Below, piece after piece: positions 1 through 9,300 of a stretch of DNA of 19,773 nucleotides; positions within the stretch are counted from its first letter, which is position 1; each line of letters begins with the position of its first letter. The stretch is from Candidatus Hodarchaeota archaeon. Its GTDB lineage: Archaea > Asgardarchaeota > Heimdallarchaeia > Hodarchaeales > Hodarchaeaceae. The position numbers and the translations under genes were made by a program. The stretch lies in NCBI GenBank assembly GCA_016839815.1, contig JAEOTM010000109.1:1-19773 (forward strand), given 5' to 3'. Below the pieces are notes generated by a model. That model was not told where the DNA came from. It made no database searches and saw only the letters and a list, made by a program, of their open reading frames with translations.

Positions 1-219
1 ATTCTTGCAGATGAACCCACAGGAAACTTAGATCTTGAAACAGGCTTAGAAATTATTGGATTATTAAAGGAATTAAATCGAGACCGTGGAACAACGGTGG
101 TTACTGCAACTCACGATCTCAAAATGATAGATGTTTCCGATCGTATTGTATGGATTCGAAATGGAAAAGTAGAACGCGATGAGTCTCGGGTGGACATCCA
201 GGTAACAGCGATTAGTTGA
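1..219 (+). CDS. ABC transporter ATP-binding protein, LolD/MacB (MJ0796-like) family; C-terminal fragment, 5' end outside window
   Basis: Manual frame-1 translation: ILADEPTGNLDLETGLEIIGLLKELNRDRGTTVVTATHDLKMIDVSDRIVWIRNGKVERDESRVDIQVTAIS*, with TGA at 217-219. Contains Walker B/D-loop (ILADEPTGNLD) and H-switch (THD). Absent from the ORF track because it has no start. Confidence 0.95.
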   Translation: MLADEPTGNLDLETGLEIIGLLKELNRDRGTTVVTATHDLKMIDVSDRIVWIRNGKVERDESRVDIQVTAIS

Positions 220-229
220 GAGGATAAGT

Positions 230-976
230 ATGGCAAATAGTAGTGAAATGGCGATACAGTTAACTGATGTCTGGAAAACCTACCACCTCAAAGGTGAGGA
301 TATTCATGCATTACGTGGATTAAATATGGGGATTAAATATGGAGAATATCGTGTCATTATGGGACCGTCTGGTAGTGGAAAGACTACTCTACTCAATATA
401 GTGGGAGCACTCGATACACCTACAAAAGGCGAAGTTTTAATCAATGATGAATCCTTAGTGGGAATGCGATCTAAAGACCTCGCGTCGGTACGAGCATATC
501 AAATTGGTTTTATTTTTCAATCTTTCAACCTCATACCTGTGTTAACCGCGTTAGATAATGTTATGATACCTTTAATCTTTAAAGGAGTTCCTTTATCAGA
601 GAGAAAAAGACGAGGTAAAGATATTTTGACTCGTGTAGGACTCGAAGGCCGGTTTGATCATAAACCTAATGAATTAAGTGGCGGTCAGCAACAACGAGTT
701 GCCATTGCCCGTGCATTAGCGAATGAGCCAACAATTTTACTTGCAGATGAACCAACTGCAAATTTAGATCTTCATACAGGATTTCAAATTGTTGAATTAC
801 TTCGTGAGTTAAATGAAGAAACTGGTGTTACTGTGATAAATACTACCCATGATCTGAAGCTGATTGATATTGCTGACAAAGTCTCTTGGCTCCGAGATGG
901 TGATATTACACAGACTCAGAAACGTATGAAGGTTGAACTTACTTCAGAAGAATTACCAATCGTAATTGATCTCTAA
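230..976 (+). CDS. ABC transporter ATP-binding protein, LolD/MacB family
   Basis: Walker A GPSGSGKT, Q-loop IGFIFQSFNL, signature LSGGQQQRVAIARAL, Walker B/D-loop LLADEPTANLD, H-switch THD. SD-like GAGGAT at 220-225. Confidence 0.97.
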   Translation: MANSSEMAIQLTDVWKTYHLKGEDIHALRGLNMGIKYGEYRVIMGPSGSGKTTLLNIVGALDTPTKGEVLINDESLVGMRSKDLASVRAYQIGFIFQSFNLIPVLTALDNVMIPLIFKGVPLSERKRRGKDILTRVGLEGRFDHKPNELSGGQQQRVAIARALANEPTILLADEPTANLDLHTGFQIVELLRELNEETGVTVINTTHDLKLIDIADKVSWLRDGDITQTQKRMKVELTSEELPIVIDL

Positions 977-981
977 AGATT

Positions 982-3900
982 TCATCTAGACACAGAAGTT
1001 TGAGATTTTGTATCCCAAATAAGAACCTTTTTTCGAATATGTGAAATAACTAGTTCAACAAGGGCCTCATAACCTCGAGGTGGTTGGCCAAATTTAGCTG
1101 GATAATAACAGGTGACGTGAGTTTCATAAAAATACGCACTAGTCTTCGTTAGAAACATTTCGCATTCCACTGGAAAAGCTCTCGAGTGGCCTTTCTTGCT
1201 CACTCTGAGATCATACATCAATCGATACGTATATGTATCAATGGTGTTCTTTTCAATTATTTGGACATCTCTTTGTTGGTAGGTCATTTTTTCGACATCA
1301 TCAGACGTAAAAATTGTCTCCATAAAATTCAGGAATTTATCCGTATTTGAATGATGGATACGTATTGGGATCAAAAATGAAAAGATTCCTTCCTCGCGGA
1401 CGGGACTTGTTTTTTTATCTTTTGACCATTTTCTAGAATGCATGGATGATATACCTTTTGCAGATTGATAAGAAGGTATTACAGAGCTAATAACTGCGGT
1501 AAGTATTGATAAAGACATTGCAACAACAGCCCAGATAACCTCAATTTTCGGAGTAACGAGTAGAGGGATGTTTAGCACAATGAAAAATGTATACGAACTA
1601 ATTCCAAGAATGTAGCCAATAACTCCACTGAGAATCCCAATTACTAGACTTTCTCCTAAGAAAATAAACGTGATATTAGCAGGATTTAAACCGATGGCAT
1701 TCAGAGTGTAAATTTCCTTTTTCCGTTCTAAAATACGTCTATACATGACGTTTGCTATTGTAAGACCAGAAACTATCATTATTAGAACTATTGATTCCAC
1801 ACCTTGAACTATTACTACCTCCCCATAATAATACCTAACTACAGATGATTTACTCTTTATCCATGCCTCGAATCCAAATGACACTACGTAATAATCCCCA
1901 AGAAAACTATAATCTGAATGTGTTCCCTCTTCAAGGTTTATATTGACTCGATTTAATTCCATCGAAGGTAATAGTTCAGCTTTGTCACTTGTGATGAAAA
2001 TTAAGTGATTAATATCAGCAAGAAGGGTAATTGGCCCGACTTCTGACTGACTTATTACTTGAGGCCGCATAGAATTTCCATCAAGGTCGGAAACTGACTT
2101 ATACTGATTTTCATTAAAGAAACCAGAAATCTTCACTCCGAAAGTGGTTTGAGTAGTTTTGTCAGTTATTAGGATCGAATCATTGATTGAAAAGCCTAGC
2201 TTTATTAAATTCGAAGGTACAAGAGCTTCATCAGAATAATTTGGCACTCTACCCGAGATGACAATTTGACTGAAATCGTAGAAAGCTTGTTCATCTTGAT
2301 AGTCAAAGGCCATAATTCCTGACACATTAAACCTGTGTGATCCATCTGTTAAAGCCCCTGATCCAAAAACATCCCAAATCGGGGTATTTTCCCATCGTTC
2401 ACTAGCATGAGCAATAGTCAAACCAAGGCTTGATGGAAGGGTTATTTCAGAGCGAAAGTCAGAAAAATCAGCAAAAGGAACTGTGGTTGATGTGTAATCC
2501 ACCGAAAAGTCAACGTTTCTGATCATAATCCCATCTATGTCCGGAATTCCTCCACTAGTAGGGATTCCTTGATGAGCAATCTGAGGACGTGTGCTAAAGC
2601 TTGTCAATGCAATAAATGCAAATATCATTATTGCTATACTTATGGTTGTAAGGCCAGATCGTAATCTTCTTCTTTTCAAATTACGCTTTGAAATCGAGAA
2701 ACTTGAGATGAACACCGAAAATAGTTGTGGCTCCTCAGAGCGGTCTTCTTTGAGCATTTTCGTAATTGCTGTTGAAAATAAATAGACACTTCCAATTACT
2801 ACAAGTGGGAAGATTAGAAGATCATTGGTATTTAATGACCTCATTGCGGGGAAGAAAAAGTATAGAAATACTGTAAGACAAGTATGAAGTATAATATACA
2901 ATGATATAAGTTGCATGATTTTCTCAGAGAAAAACCACGCTAATATCAGGGCAAATAGTCCAAAAATAGTCCAGAGAAGAAATACATTGTCTTGTGATAT
3001 CCGATTAACATAAGTTAGGGATTCTTCCAAGCTTTGGAGATTAAGGTAGGTTTTACGTAAAAAAAAATGGGCTAATTCGTAATCTCCACTCTCAAGATTC
3101 TCTTGAGCATCCAAGAGATCCTCTATGATCTGATCCATCTTTTCGTTATAGATCAAAGTATAATATCCCAAACGCTCAAGTTCCTGTAAGTCTGACAAAA
3201 CAACTTGCTGATAGTCTTCAATCTCCTTCATACTCGTACTGATAGAGAGTGCTGAAACTGAAAAACTCGTGGGGGTTATGAATTCAGTAATTTCATTACT
3301 TTGATATTCCGACGTTTTGTAAGGAATCTCTGAACCTGTTCCATAAATTTTTATATGAAGAGAGAATCCATCTGTCGCTGGTAAGAACATCTGGTCCTCA
3401 AATTCGGTGTTATCAAATGGTGAACCAAAAACTGGTAAATTCAATAAGGAATTTTCTACTACCATCTCTATAGCATGATACTCGATTTGGGGGGAGTTCG
3501 TTAACCAATAAGGGCCAACTAGGTCTACTTGATGCATTTCCTGAAGAGATAAAGTCAGATTTAATACTTGTGATTGATTTAGTACTAATCTTACCGAGCT
3601 CATATTGATTAATGAAGAGTTAGAATCTTTTTTTGCTAGTAGGTAAAAGGTGGTACCGCTGACAATTATAGGAATTGATACATTTCCTTGATTACCAGTT
3701 ATTGCTGGGTAAGATGCAAGTTGATATTCAAACTGGCCAGTTTCGTGAATTATTTCTTTGTATAACCATATTGATGTATTTGCTGCAGGAAAACCATTTG
3801 AATCATTAACTTGTAAGAAAATACTTGTAGTTAATCCTTGAGAAATTTCAAAACGATTTTCTGGTGATTGAGACAAATTTATGTCAATGAATAAGAGTTG

Positions 3901-4014
3901 ATTTATTCCCCCAAGAATAGCTATTGTAAGAAGACCTATTATCAAGAGAGAGAACTTTTTCAAATTATGCACCAGATGGAGATGAGTTCTATTTAACACC
4001 TTTAGGTAAATCAT
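982..4014 (-). CDS. Large FtsX/MacB-like ABC permease with extra N-terminal extracellular region and extra TM helices
   Basis: MacB-type amphipathic helix and TM1 (SKRNLKRRRLRSGLTTISIAIMIFAFIALTSF), extracytoplasmic core (GRVPNYSDEALVP...LGFSINDSI), FtsX motif (ERKKEIYTLNAIGLNPANITFIFLGESLVIG) plus further TMs. The N-terminal ~440 aa add a signal/TM, a beta-rich domain, a helical segment and ~3 TMs. An in-frame TTG at 3963 (MKKFSLLIIGLL..., GGTG upstream) may be the real start and would remove the overlap with the upstream gene. Confidence 0.9.
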   Translation of the reverse strand: MIYLKVLNRTHLHLVHNLKKFSLLIIGLLTIAILGGINQLLFIDINLSQSPENRFEISQGLTTSIFLQVNDSNGFPAANTSIWLYKEIIHETGQFEYQLASYPAITGNQGNVSIPIIVSGTTFYLLAKKDSNSSLINMSSVRLVLNQSQVLNLTLSLQEMHQVDLVGPYWLTNSPQIEYHAIEMVVENSLLNLPVFGSPFDNTEFEDQMFLPATDGFSLHIKIYGTGSEIPYKTSEYQSNEITEFITPTSFSVSALSISTSMKEIEDYQQVVLSDLQELERLGYYTLIYNEKMDQIIEDLLDAQENLESGDYELAHFFLRKTYLNLQSLEESLTYVNRISQDNVFLLWTIFGLFALILAWFFSEKIMQLISLYIILHTCLTVFLYFFFPAMRSLNTNDLLIFPLVVIGSVYLFSTAITKMLKEDRSEEPQLFSVFISSFSISKRNLKRRRLRSGLTTISIAIMIFAFIALTSFSTRPQIAHQGIPTSGGIPDIDGIMIRNVDFSVDYTSTTVPFADFSDFRSEITLPSSLGLTIAHASERWENTPIWDVFGSGALTDGSHRFNVSGIMAFDYQDEQAFYDFSQIVISGRVPNYSDEALVPSNLIKLGFSINDSILITDKTTQTTFGVKISGFFNENQYKSVSDLDGNSMRPQVISQSEVGPITLLADINHLIFITSDKAELLPSMELNRVNINLEEGTHSDYSFLGDYYVVSFGFEAWIKSKSSVVRYYYGEVVIVQGVESIVLIMIVSGLTIANVMYRRILERKKEIYTLNAIGLNPANITFIFLGESLVIGILSGVIGYILGISSYTFFIVLNIPLLVTPKIEVIWAVVAMSLSILTAVISSVIPSYQSAKGISSMHSRKWSKDKKTSPVREEGIFSFLIPIRIHHSNTDKFLNFMETIFTSDDVEKMTYQQRDVQIIEKNTIDTYTYRLMYDLRVSKKGHSRAFPVECEMFLTKTSAYFYETHVTCYYPAKFGQPPRGYEALVELVISHIRKKVLIWDTKSQTSVSR

Positions 4015-4447
4015 CGACAGTTATTTTTTCAAATTCTTTGATATCTCGTGAATGCTTTTGCCTCAGAGAGTGGGGCAATATGAATCCCACTAATTGCCGT
4101 TTCGATAGGTTTTCCACAAAGATTGAGATTGAAATTCGTGCTTCGAGTTCAGACATATTGTATTCCTTTTGAAATTCCGAAACTATGTCATTTATTCTGT
4201 TTTTACCATCGCAGAGTTTCCAAAAATGTGTTCCCATTTCGTCTAGTACAATTTTCCGACCAGTAGGAACTGAAAAAATCTTTGAAAAGAATCCACGTTT
4301 CTTAGATGGTACAGATTTAAGAACCAGTCCAATTTCACCACTATCATACTCCTTTACCTCTACTAATGGATTCTGAACAGGAGTAATTTTGAGTAATTCT
4401 TGTGCATTGACCTTTATTCCTGAACTATCTCTTCGTAGCTTTTGCAT
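3989..4447 (-). CDS. Stand-alone PqqD-family / RiPP recognition element (RRE)-like protein
   Basis: PqqD-like core IVLDEMGTHFWKLCDGKNRINDIVSEFQKEYNMSELEARISISIFVENLSKRQLV (LD..G..FW.L.DG...I..I...F...Y pattern, three helices) preceded by beta strands. Confidence 0.85.
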   Translation of the reverse strand: MQKLRRDSSGIKVNAQELLKITPVQNPLVEVKEYDSGEIGLVLKSVPSKKRGFFSKIFSVPTGRKIVLDEMGTHFWKLCDGKNRINDIVSEFQKEYNMSELEARISISIFVENLSKRQLVGFILPHSLRQKHSRDIKEFEKITVDDLPKGVK

Positions 4448-4462
4448 AGATCAACTCTCACT

Positions 4463-4693
4463 TCAAGGTAACAACATCGGTAAGAGGAAATTTAGAATCA
4501 AAGCAATTACTACTAATATTATCACTAATCTCATACTAAATTTAATTGATTCAATATCTTTTACTCGTTGTTGATCCCGCATCTCACAATCTGGAGAACA
4601 GTAGTCGCTAGATACAGAAACAACCTTCCCACAGGAAAAGCAGTGTCTATGCGGAGAAACTTTATGAGATACAGCGGGTTGTGAATTTTTCAT
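4463..4693 (-). CDS. DUF2116-family Zn-ribbon membrane protein
   Basis: PHRHCFSCGK...DYCSPDC (CxxC...CxxxC), then a charged helix and a C-terminal TM (LVIILVVIALILNFLLPMLLP). SD-like GAGGAT on the minus strand at 4701-4706. Confidence 0.85.
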   Translation of the reverse strand: MKNSQPAVSHKVSPHRHCFSCGKVVSVSSDYCSPDCEMRDQQRVKDIESIKFSMRLVIILVVIALILNFLLPMLLP

Positions 4694-4908
4694 GAATCAA
4701 ATCCTCTAATCCTCACTTCAGCTCTGAATCTTATACATTTTTTCTTCTGAATCTCTATGGTTATACTAAGGTACTCAAAAATTATAAGAATCTTGACAAA
4801 GAAATCAGATTCTCATCTAAAAAAAGATAAAAGTATACATCTATCTAATTTCGAAAAGAGTTCTAATCGATAGAAAGTAGTTCTTATGAGTAAAATGAGG
4901 CCTAATTT
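4694..4908. promoter_or_regulatory. Divergent promoter region with candidate TATA box and adjacent inverted repeat
   Basis: 215-bp AT-rich gap between divergent starts. Palindromic TTATAA at 4782-4787 preceded by an A-run. AGAATCT-N13-AGATTCT at 4787-4813. SD-like TGAGG at 4896-4900. Confidence 0.55.
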
Positions 4909-6390
4909 ATGAATCTTGACAAATCATCCAAATATTCTTTTCTTCTGGGATTATTAACCTTATTGACGATAAACTCTATTTTAATTCTTAATCCCGTATC
5001 CGCACTAACGATTACGATTGATGGAAATCCATCTGATTGGTTGGGTGATGGTCCTCCTCAAGGAACAAGTGACAGTATTGCAGGTCAATTCATTTATACC
5101 GATTTTTCGGGAGATGATGTAGGATATGGGCCATTAATCTATCCTGAAGGCGTTCCAGCGGGATGCGCAGATATATTAGAATTCCGTGTAACCACAGATA
5201 TCTCCAATATGTATCTTCTTGTAAAAATGAGAATTATTTCAGATCAAACGAAAGTAGTCGTTCATATTTTGTCAGATGAATTACCAGATTACAAAACAAA
5301 GAAAGAAGGAAGTTGGACGTGGACTACTGGCGGTAATGAAGGAAATATACCCTTTTGGCCAGGAATAGGAGTTGGAGTTACCATAGCCGATCCATTTGGT
5401 CTATTAACTACCCGTGAAGAAAATACTGTTTATTATGAATTAGCCACAGATACCAATGATCCAGATATGATTCAGGTTGGTGCAAATAAGAATTATAATG
5501 CGTTTGAAGTCTCTCTTGAACTAGCCCGATTAGAAGAATTAATTGGCTTAGAGAACGGGGAAATCAATGCTGGAGCAAAATTACACTTTTTAGCACTAGC
5601 ATATAGGATTGATGCCCCCATAGAGTTCGGGGCCCATGAAGTAAATGAGGCAGATGTCGAAGATGAAGCAGAGAAAAATCTAGTTACTGCATGGGAAGAT
5701 CCAGATATCTATGATATGATTGGATATAGTACTAAAGAGGATCAGATTAGTGCTTTATCAGATTGGTCACCAGGAGGACAGGGGAATACAATTCATTTTC
5801 CACGAGAATCACAAGCATGGTTAGAAGTAGATTTTCCTTTACCCATCCCTCCCACGACAATAGGTATCCAACCAACCTTCTCTGTAGAAGAAATAAACCC
5901 CAATACTTCTTTCATCCTTCAAGTGACCGTTATTAATTCAGGAGCCAAAGCATGGGATGTAAAAATGGCGTATAGTATTCCTAAAAGCTTTACTATCGTT
6001 AGCGGTTCATTAGTTCCTGGTGCAGTTGATGAAGGCCTATCAACTAATGAAACAACGTTTTATTCGTTAGATGACGAATTTGAAGTATTTGAGAGCCGAA
6101 GTTATTCGTTAAAGCTACAAGCTCCTGATATGGTTGATAATTATTTTATTAACTTCACATTTCAATTTTTAACATTAAATGAAACAGTATCTGGAGAGGA
6201 AGTGCTGATCAACGTAACTAGCCAAGCTAGTATCCTCATGCAGGTCGTGAATCCTACAGTATATGGTGGGGGGTATCCACTCGTGGGAGATGAAAATACA
6301 GCTCTCTTAGTATTGCTGGGAATTCCATTTATAATTGCCATAATTAGGTTAATTTCACAAGTAATTGCTCCACGGCAAGGAGGATCCTAA
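4909..6390 (+). CDS. Secreted, C-terminally membrane-anchored protein: glucodextranase-type DOMON-like domain plus Ig-like domain
   Basis: Signal peptide ending VSA. Segment TIDGNPSDW...YTDFSGDDVGYGPLIYP...ADILEFRVTTDISNMYLLVKM...DPDIYDMIG resembles the DOMON-like module of glucodextranases and archaeal amylopullulanases. Ig-like segment (FILQVTVINSGAKAWDV...). C-terminal TM (ALLVLLGIPFIIAII). Confidence 0.75.
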   Translation: MNLDKSSKYSFLLGLLTLLTINSILILNPVSALTITIDGNPSDWLGDGPPQGTSDSIAGQFIYTDFSGDDVGYGPLIYPEGVPAGCADILEFRVTTDISNMYLLVKMRIISDQTKVVVHILSDELPDYKTKKEGSWTWTTGGNEGNIPFWPGIGVGVTIADPFGLLTTREENTVYYELATDTNDPDMIQVGANKNYNAFEVSLELARLEELIGLENGEINAGAKLHFLALAYRIDAPIEFGAHEVNEADVEDEAEKNLVTAWEDPDIYDMIGYSTKEDQISALSDWSPGGQGNTIHFPRESQAWLEVDFPLPIPPTTIGIQPTFSVEEINPNTSFILQVTVINSGAKAWDVKMAYSIPKSFTIVSGSLVPGAVDEGLSTNETTFYSLDDEFEVFESRSYSLKLQAPDMVDNYFINFTFQFLTLNETVSGEEVLINVTSQASILMQVVNPTVYGGGYPLVGDENTALLVLLGIPFIIAIIRLISQVIAPRQGGS

Positions 6391-6391
6391 C

Positions 6392-9300
6392 ATGAAGAGA
6401 AAACAGCTTGTTCTAAGTGTAGTTCTTCTCTCGCTAGTTTTACCATTTACTATTTCGAAAGCGCTGTTTTATAATGTGAATATTGATCCTGCTTCGTCCT
6501 TCGAAGAATTACCACAGGTAAATGCCCCTTCTGTAAATGAAGTAAAGTTAGAAACAAAAATCCAAGTACCAGAATTACCCTTTAAATTTAATACAGAAGG
6601 CCCTATCCTGAGATATGAAGATCCTGCACATGATTCAATCACTGTACTGGGAAGAGCTCAACCTGAAGATGCAGACTTTGATTTTCTGGATATGGAGTTT
6701 GGAATGAATAATACACATTTATTCATAAATACAACAATGCGGGGAGATCCAGGGAGATTTTGGAGTAAGGGATATCACTCTGATCTAGGAGGAGTCGATT
6801 TAGTATTCGCTTTTGATACAGGGGATGCGAATGATAAATATCCGAATAATTCATTTTTCACCTATAAACGGCAAAAGTTCAGCGCTGCACGAGTATTTAT
6901 GGATCCGAAATTTACATGGAATTATTCATGGCAGATCTATGACCCTATCGGAGATGAAAAAGGCTACACATGGGATAACGAACTTTTATTCATGAATTCG
7001 TCGGGTTTAATAAATGGTGTTGAAGATACTGGATTACTTGATACAGTACTCGGGCTATTTGGGAATGATGCCTCCGCTTACGATCCTCGTGCCGGGAAAA
7101 ATACTACCACAATCACTTATTACAGCGATGAGACACGCACAGTGTATACAGCCCTACCTTGGCATTATTTGGGTATTTCTGAATCCCAAGACTTGTCTGA
7201 TTATGCTTTTAATGTGACTGCTTTTACATGTAACGATTTCATGACAGCAGATGCAGGAGGAGAGGCAGATGATATTCATAGTGCAATCTTTGATGTTATA
7301 GGAGATGATGGTACAGTTGAACTAATGGGAAATACTTCAATGATTCATAGCTGGCTAGAAGTAGATTTTGGTGCAGATGAGATCACTGAACATGTTAATT
7401 ATGAGTACCAACATCCAATAACAGGAGAATCACGTGAATTCGTCCCTACGAGAGAAAAAGTGTATTTAGATATTCCGTGGGATATTCCCAAGGGTCCTGA
7501 TGAACCATGGACTAATTATCACAAAACCTGGGCTGCAAATGATTATACAACCAACCTCCGGATGTTTAGTATCCAACACAACTTGACAAAGGATAGCACT
7601 ACCTTCCGAGTTTATGTCACTAATGATACAATTGAAAATTATATCCGTAATGGAGCAACCGAATACGATAACATTAATTATACTAGTAACCCATATGATA
7701 GAGCTCGTGAAACAATTGACTGGTCGAAAGTAAGTATATTTATAACTGTAGATACTCTTCCAGGGGGTCAGATATTACTCCCAACGCGTGAAGATGCAGC
7801 TGTAAATAAACTAGGTGCGTGGGAGATGGTTTTCGAGATATCTTCCGCGAACGATCTTACAAATAAATTCTGGCAATATAATTCTACTACCGATGAGGTT
7901 ACTAACCAAACGTTTCAAGATTTATCGATAGACTCGAATCAAGATAATTTTGATTTCGATTTGTTTGGTCGACAGCTTCTATTAACTCGGTATCTCAATA
8001 TCACTCTACCTACAGATTTAATCCGTCCTCCAAGTGGAGATCTTGTACGGTTTGGTATATTCACTATTACAAAACAAAATATTACTGGAACGATTGCCGG
8101 TGAAGAGGTAGATCTTCCTGATGTCGTCGATGTTTCCTCTGGGGCTTGGGCATGGAAAGCTCAAGAACCTAGAATTCAAGAAGTTGGATCTGATCCTGGT
8201 TATGATGAAGTAATCCCTGCAGGTGCACAAGGATTCAATAAGAGTACTCGTATGCTCCATTCATTCATTGAATATGATTTTGGTACAAATAATCTTGATG
8301 TTGGTGTTGCTCCGATATCGAACATAATTTCTGCTTCAGCTGAAGCTGAAAATGATACCAAAACACTAAATGGTTTACCAGAAGACCAAAAAGCTGTGGA
8401 TATCTCGGGAGTCACTGTGGGTTATCGATTTGATCGACATGACGTTGCTTGGGGAGCTGAAGATCCTGGATTAGAACGAGAGTTTAGTGCATTAGTTTTT
8501 GCAGTTCAAATGAATCAGTTCATTAATACAACAAGTACTAGCATCGCAATTCTACTTGATTTAGAGGAAGGAGGAGATACGCAACATTTCATCCATTCTG
8601 ATATAAATTTAAGTCTCGATATGTCAGGATTCAATTGGGATTACGCAATATATTCCACTGATCTAAACTATCCAGGTGCGACTCAGGTCATAACAAACTG
8701 GGATGGTAATAGAGTATTCTCTTCCCTTGATACAGTAACAGTACTAGATGAGGATATTATTACAGATGTTAAGGTGGCAGGCTCTGTAGCGTATTTCGAA
8801 ATTGAAAATAGCCTGTTTTTGCATAGTATATCTCCTGATCGAAGTATTTCTGGAGAAATGGTTGTAATCTCCTTCCCAAATCCAGATACGACAAATATCT
8901 CACTTCTACCTTCTCCTACATATTTCGATATTGTTGGAAACTTAACAGGAAATCAGATAACTTCTGGAATACCTGTTGATTTATCTGTTCCAGGGCCTGT
9001 AATATTTACTGAAGACGTGAACGTCGCTTCCTACGGAATCGTGTCTCCTACCCTGACAGTATTGGATAATAAGACATTTTCTATAAGAGCAAACATCACT
9101 GATCCCGATGGATTATCTGGTGGAGTATTAACAAGACCAACAGTGAATTATTATACAACGAATGGAGAAGTAGGCTCTGAAATAATGAAAAAGGTGAGTG
9201 GAACTAATGATACCTACGAAGCACGATTTCCAGCTTGGATACAAGCGTATAATTCCACATGGTTAACACCAGGATGGACAGGTGCAACATTCTTTTACAC

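Noticed and set aside
1-4014. LolCDE lipoprotein trafficking, FtsEX division or MacAB-TolC efflux assignment
   Set aside because: Only family-level motifs match. The context is archaeal, no adaptor or outer-membrane partner is present, and the permease architecture differs, so no gene symbols were given.
3989-4447. PQQ biosynthesis gene pqqD or a RiPP cluster
   Set aside because: No pqqA/B/C/E, radical SAM or other maturase in the window, so only the fold-level call is kept.
2591-4574. Short plus-strand ORFs 2591-2785, 4185-4376 and 4389-4574
   Set aside because: Antisense shadows of well-supported genes, with no motifs.
4463-4693. Cys-rich small ORF as RiPP precursor for the RRE
   Set aside because: CxxC...CxxxC spacing, the PHRHC motif and a C-terminal TM fit a DUF2116 Zn ribbon better than a leader-core peptide.
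6365-6391. TTG start at 6365 for the 1220-aa ORF
   Set aside because: ATG 6392 has a GGAGG SD, avoids the overlap and begins a typical signal peptide.
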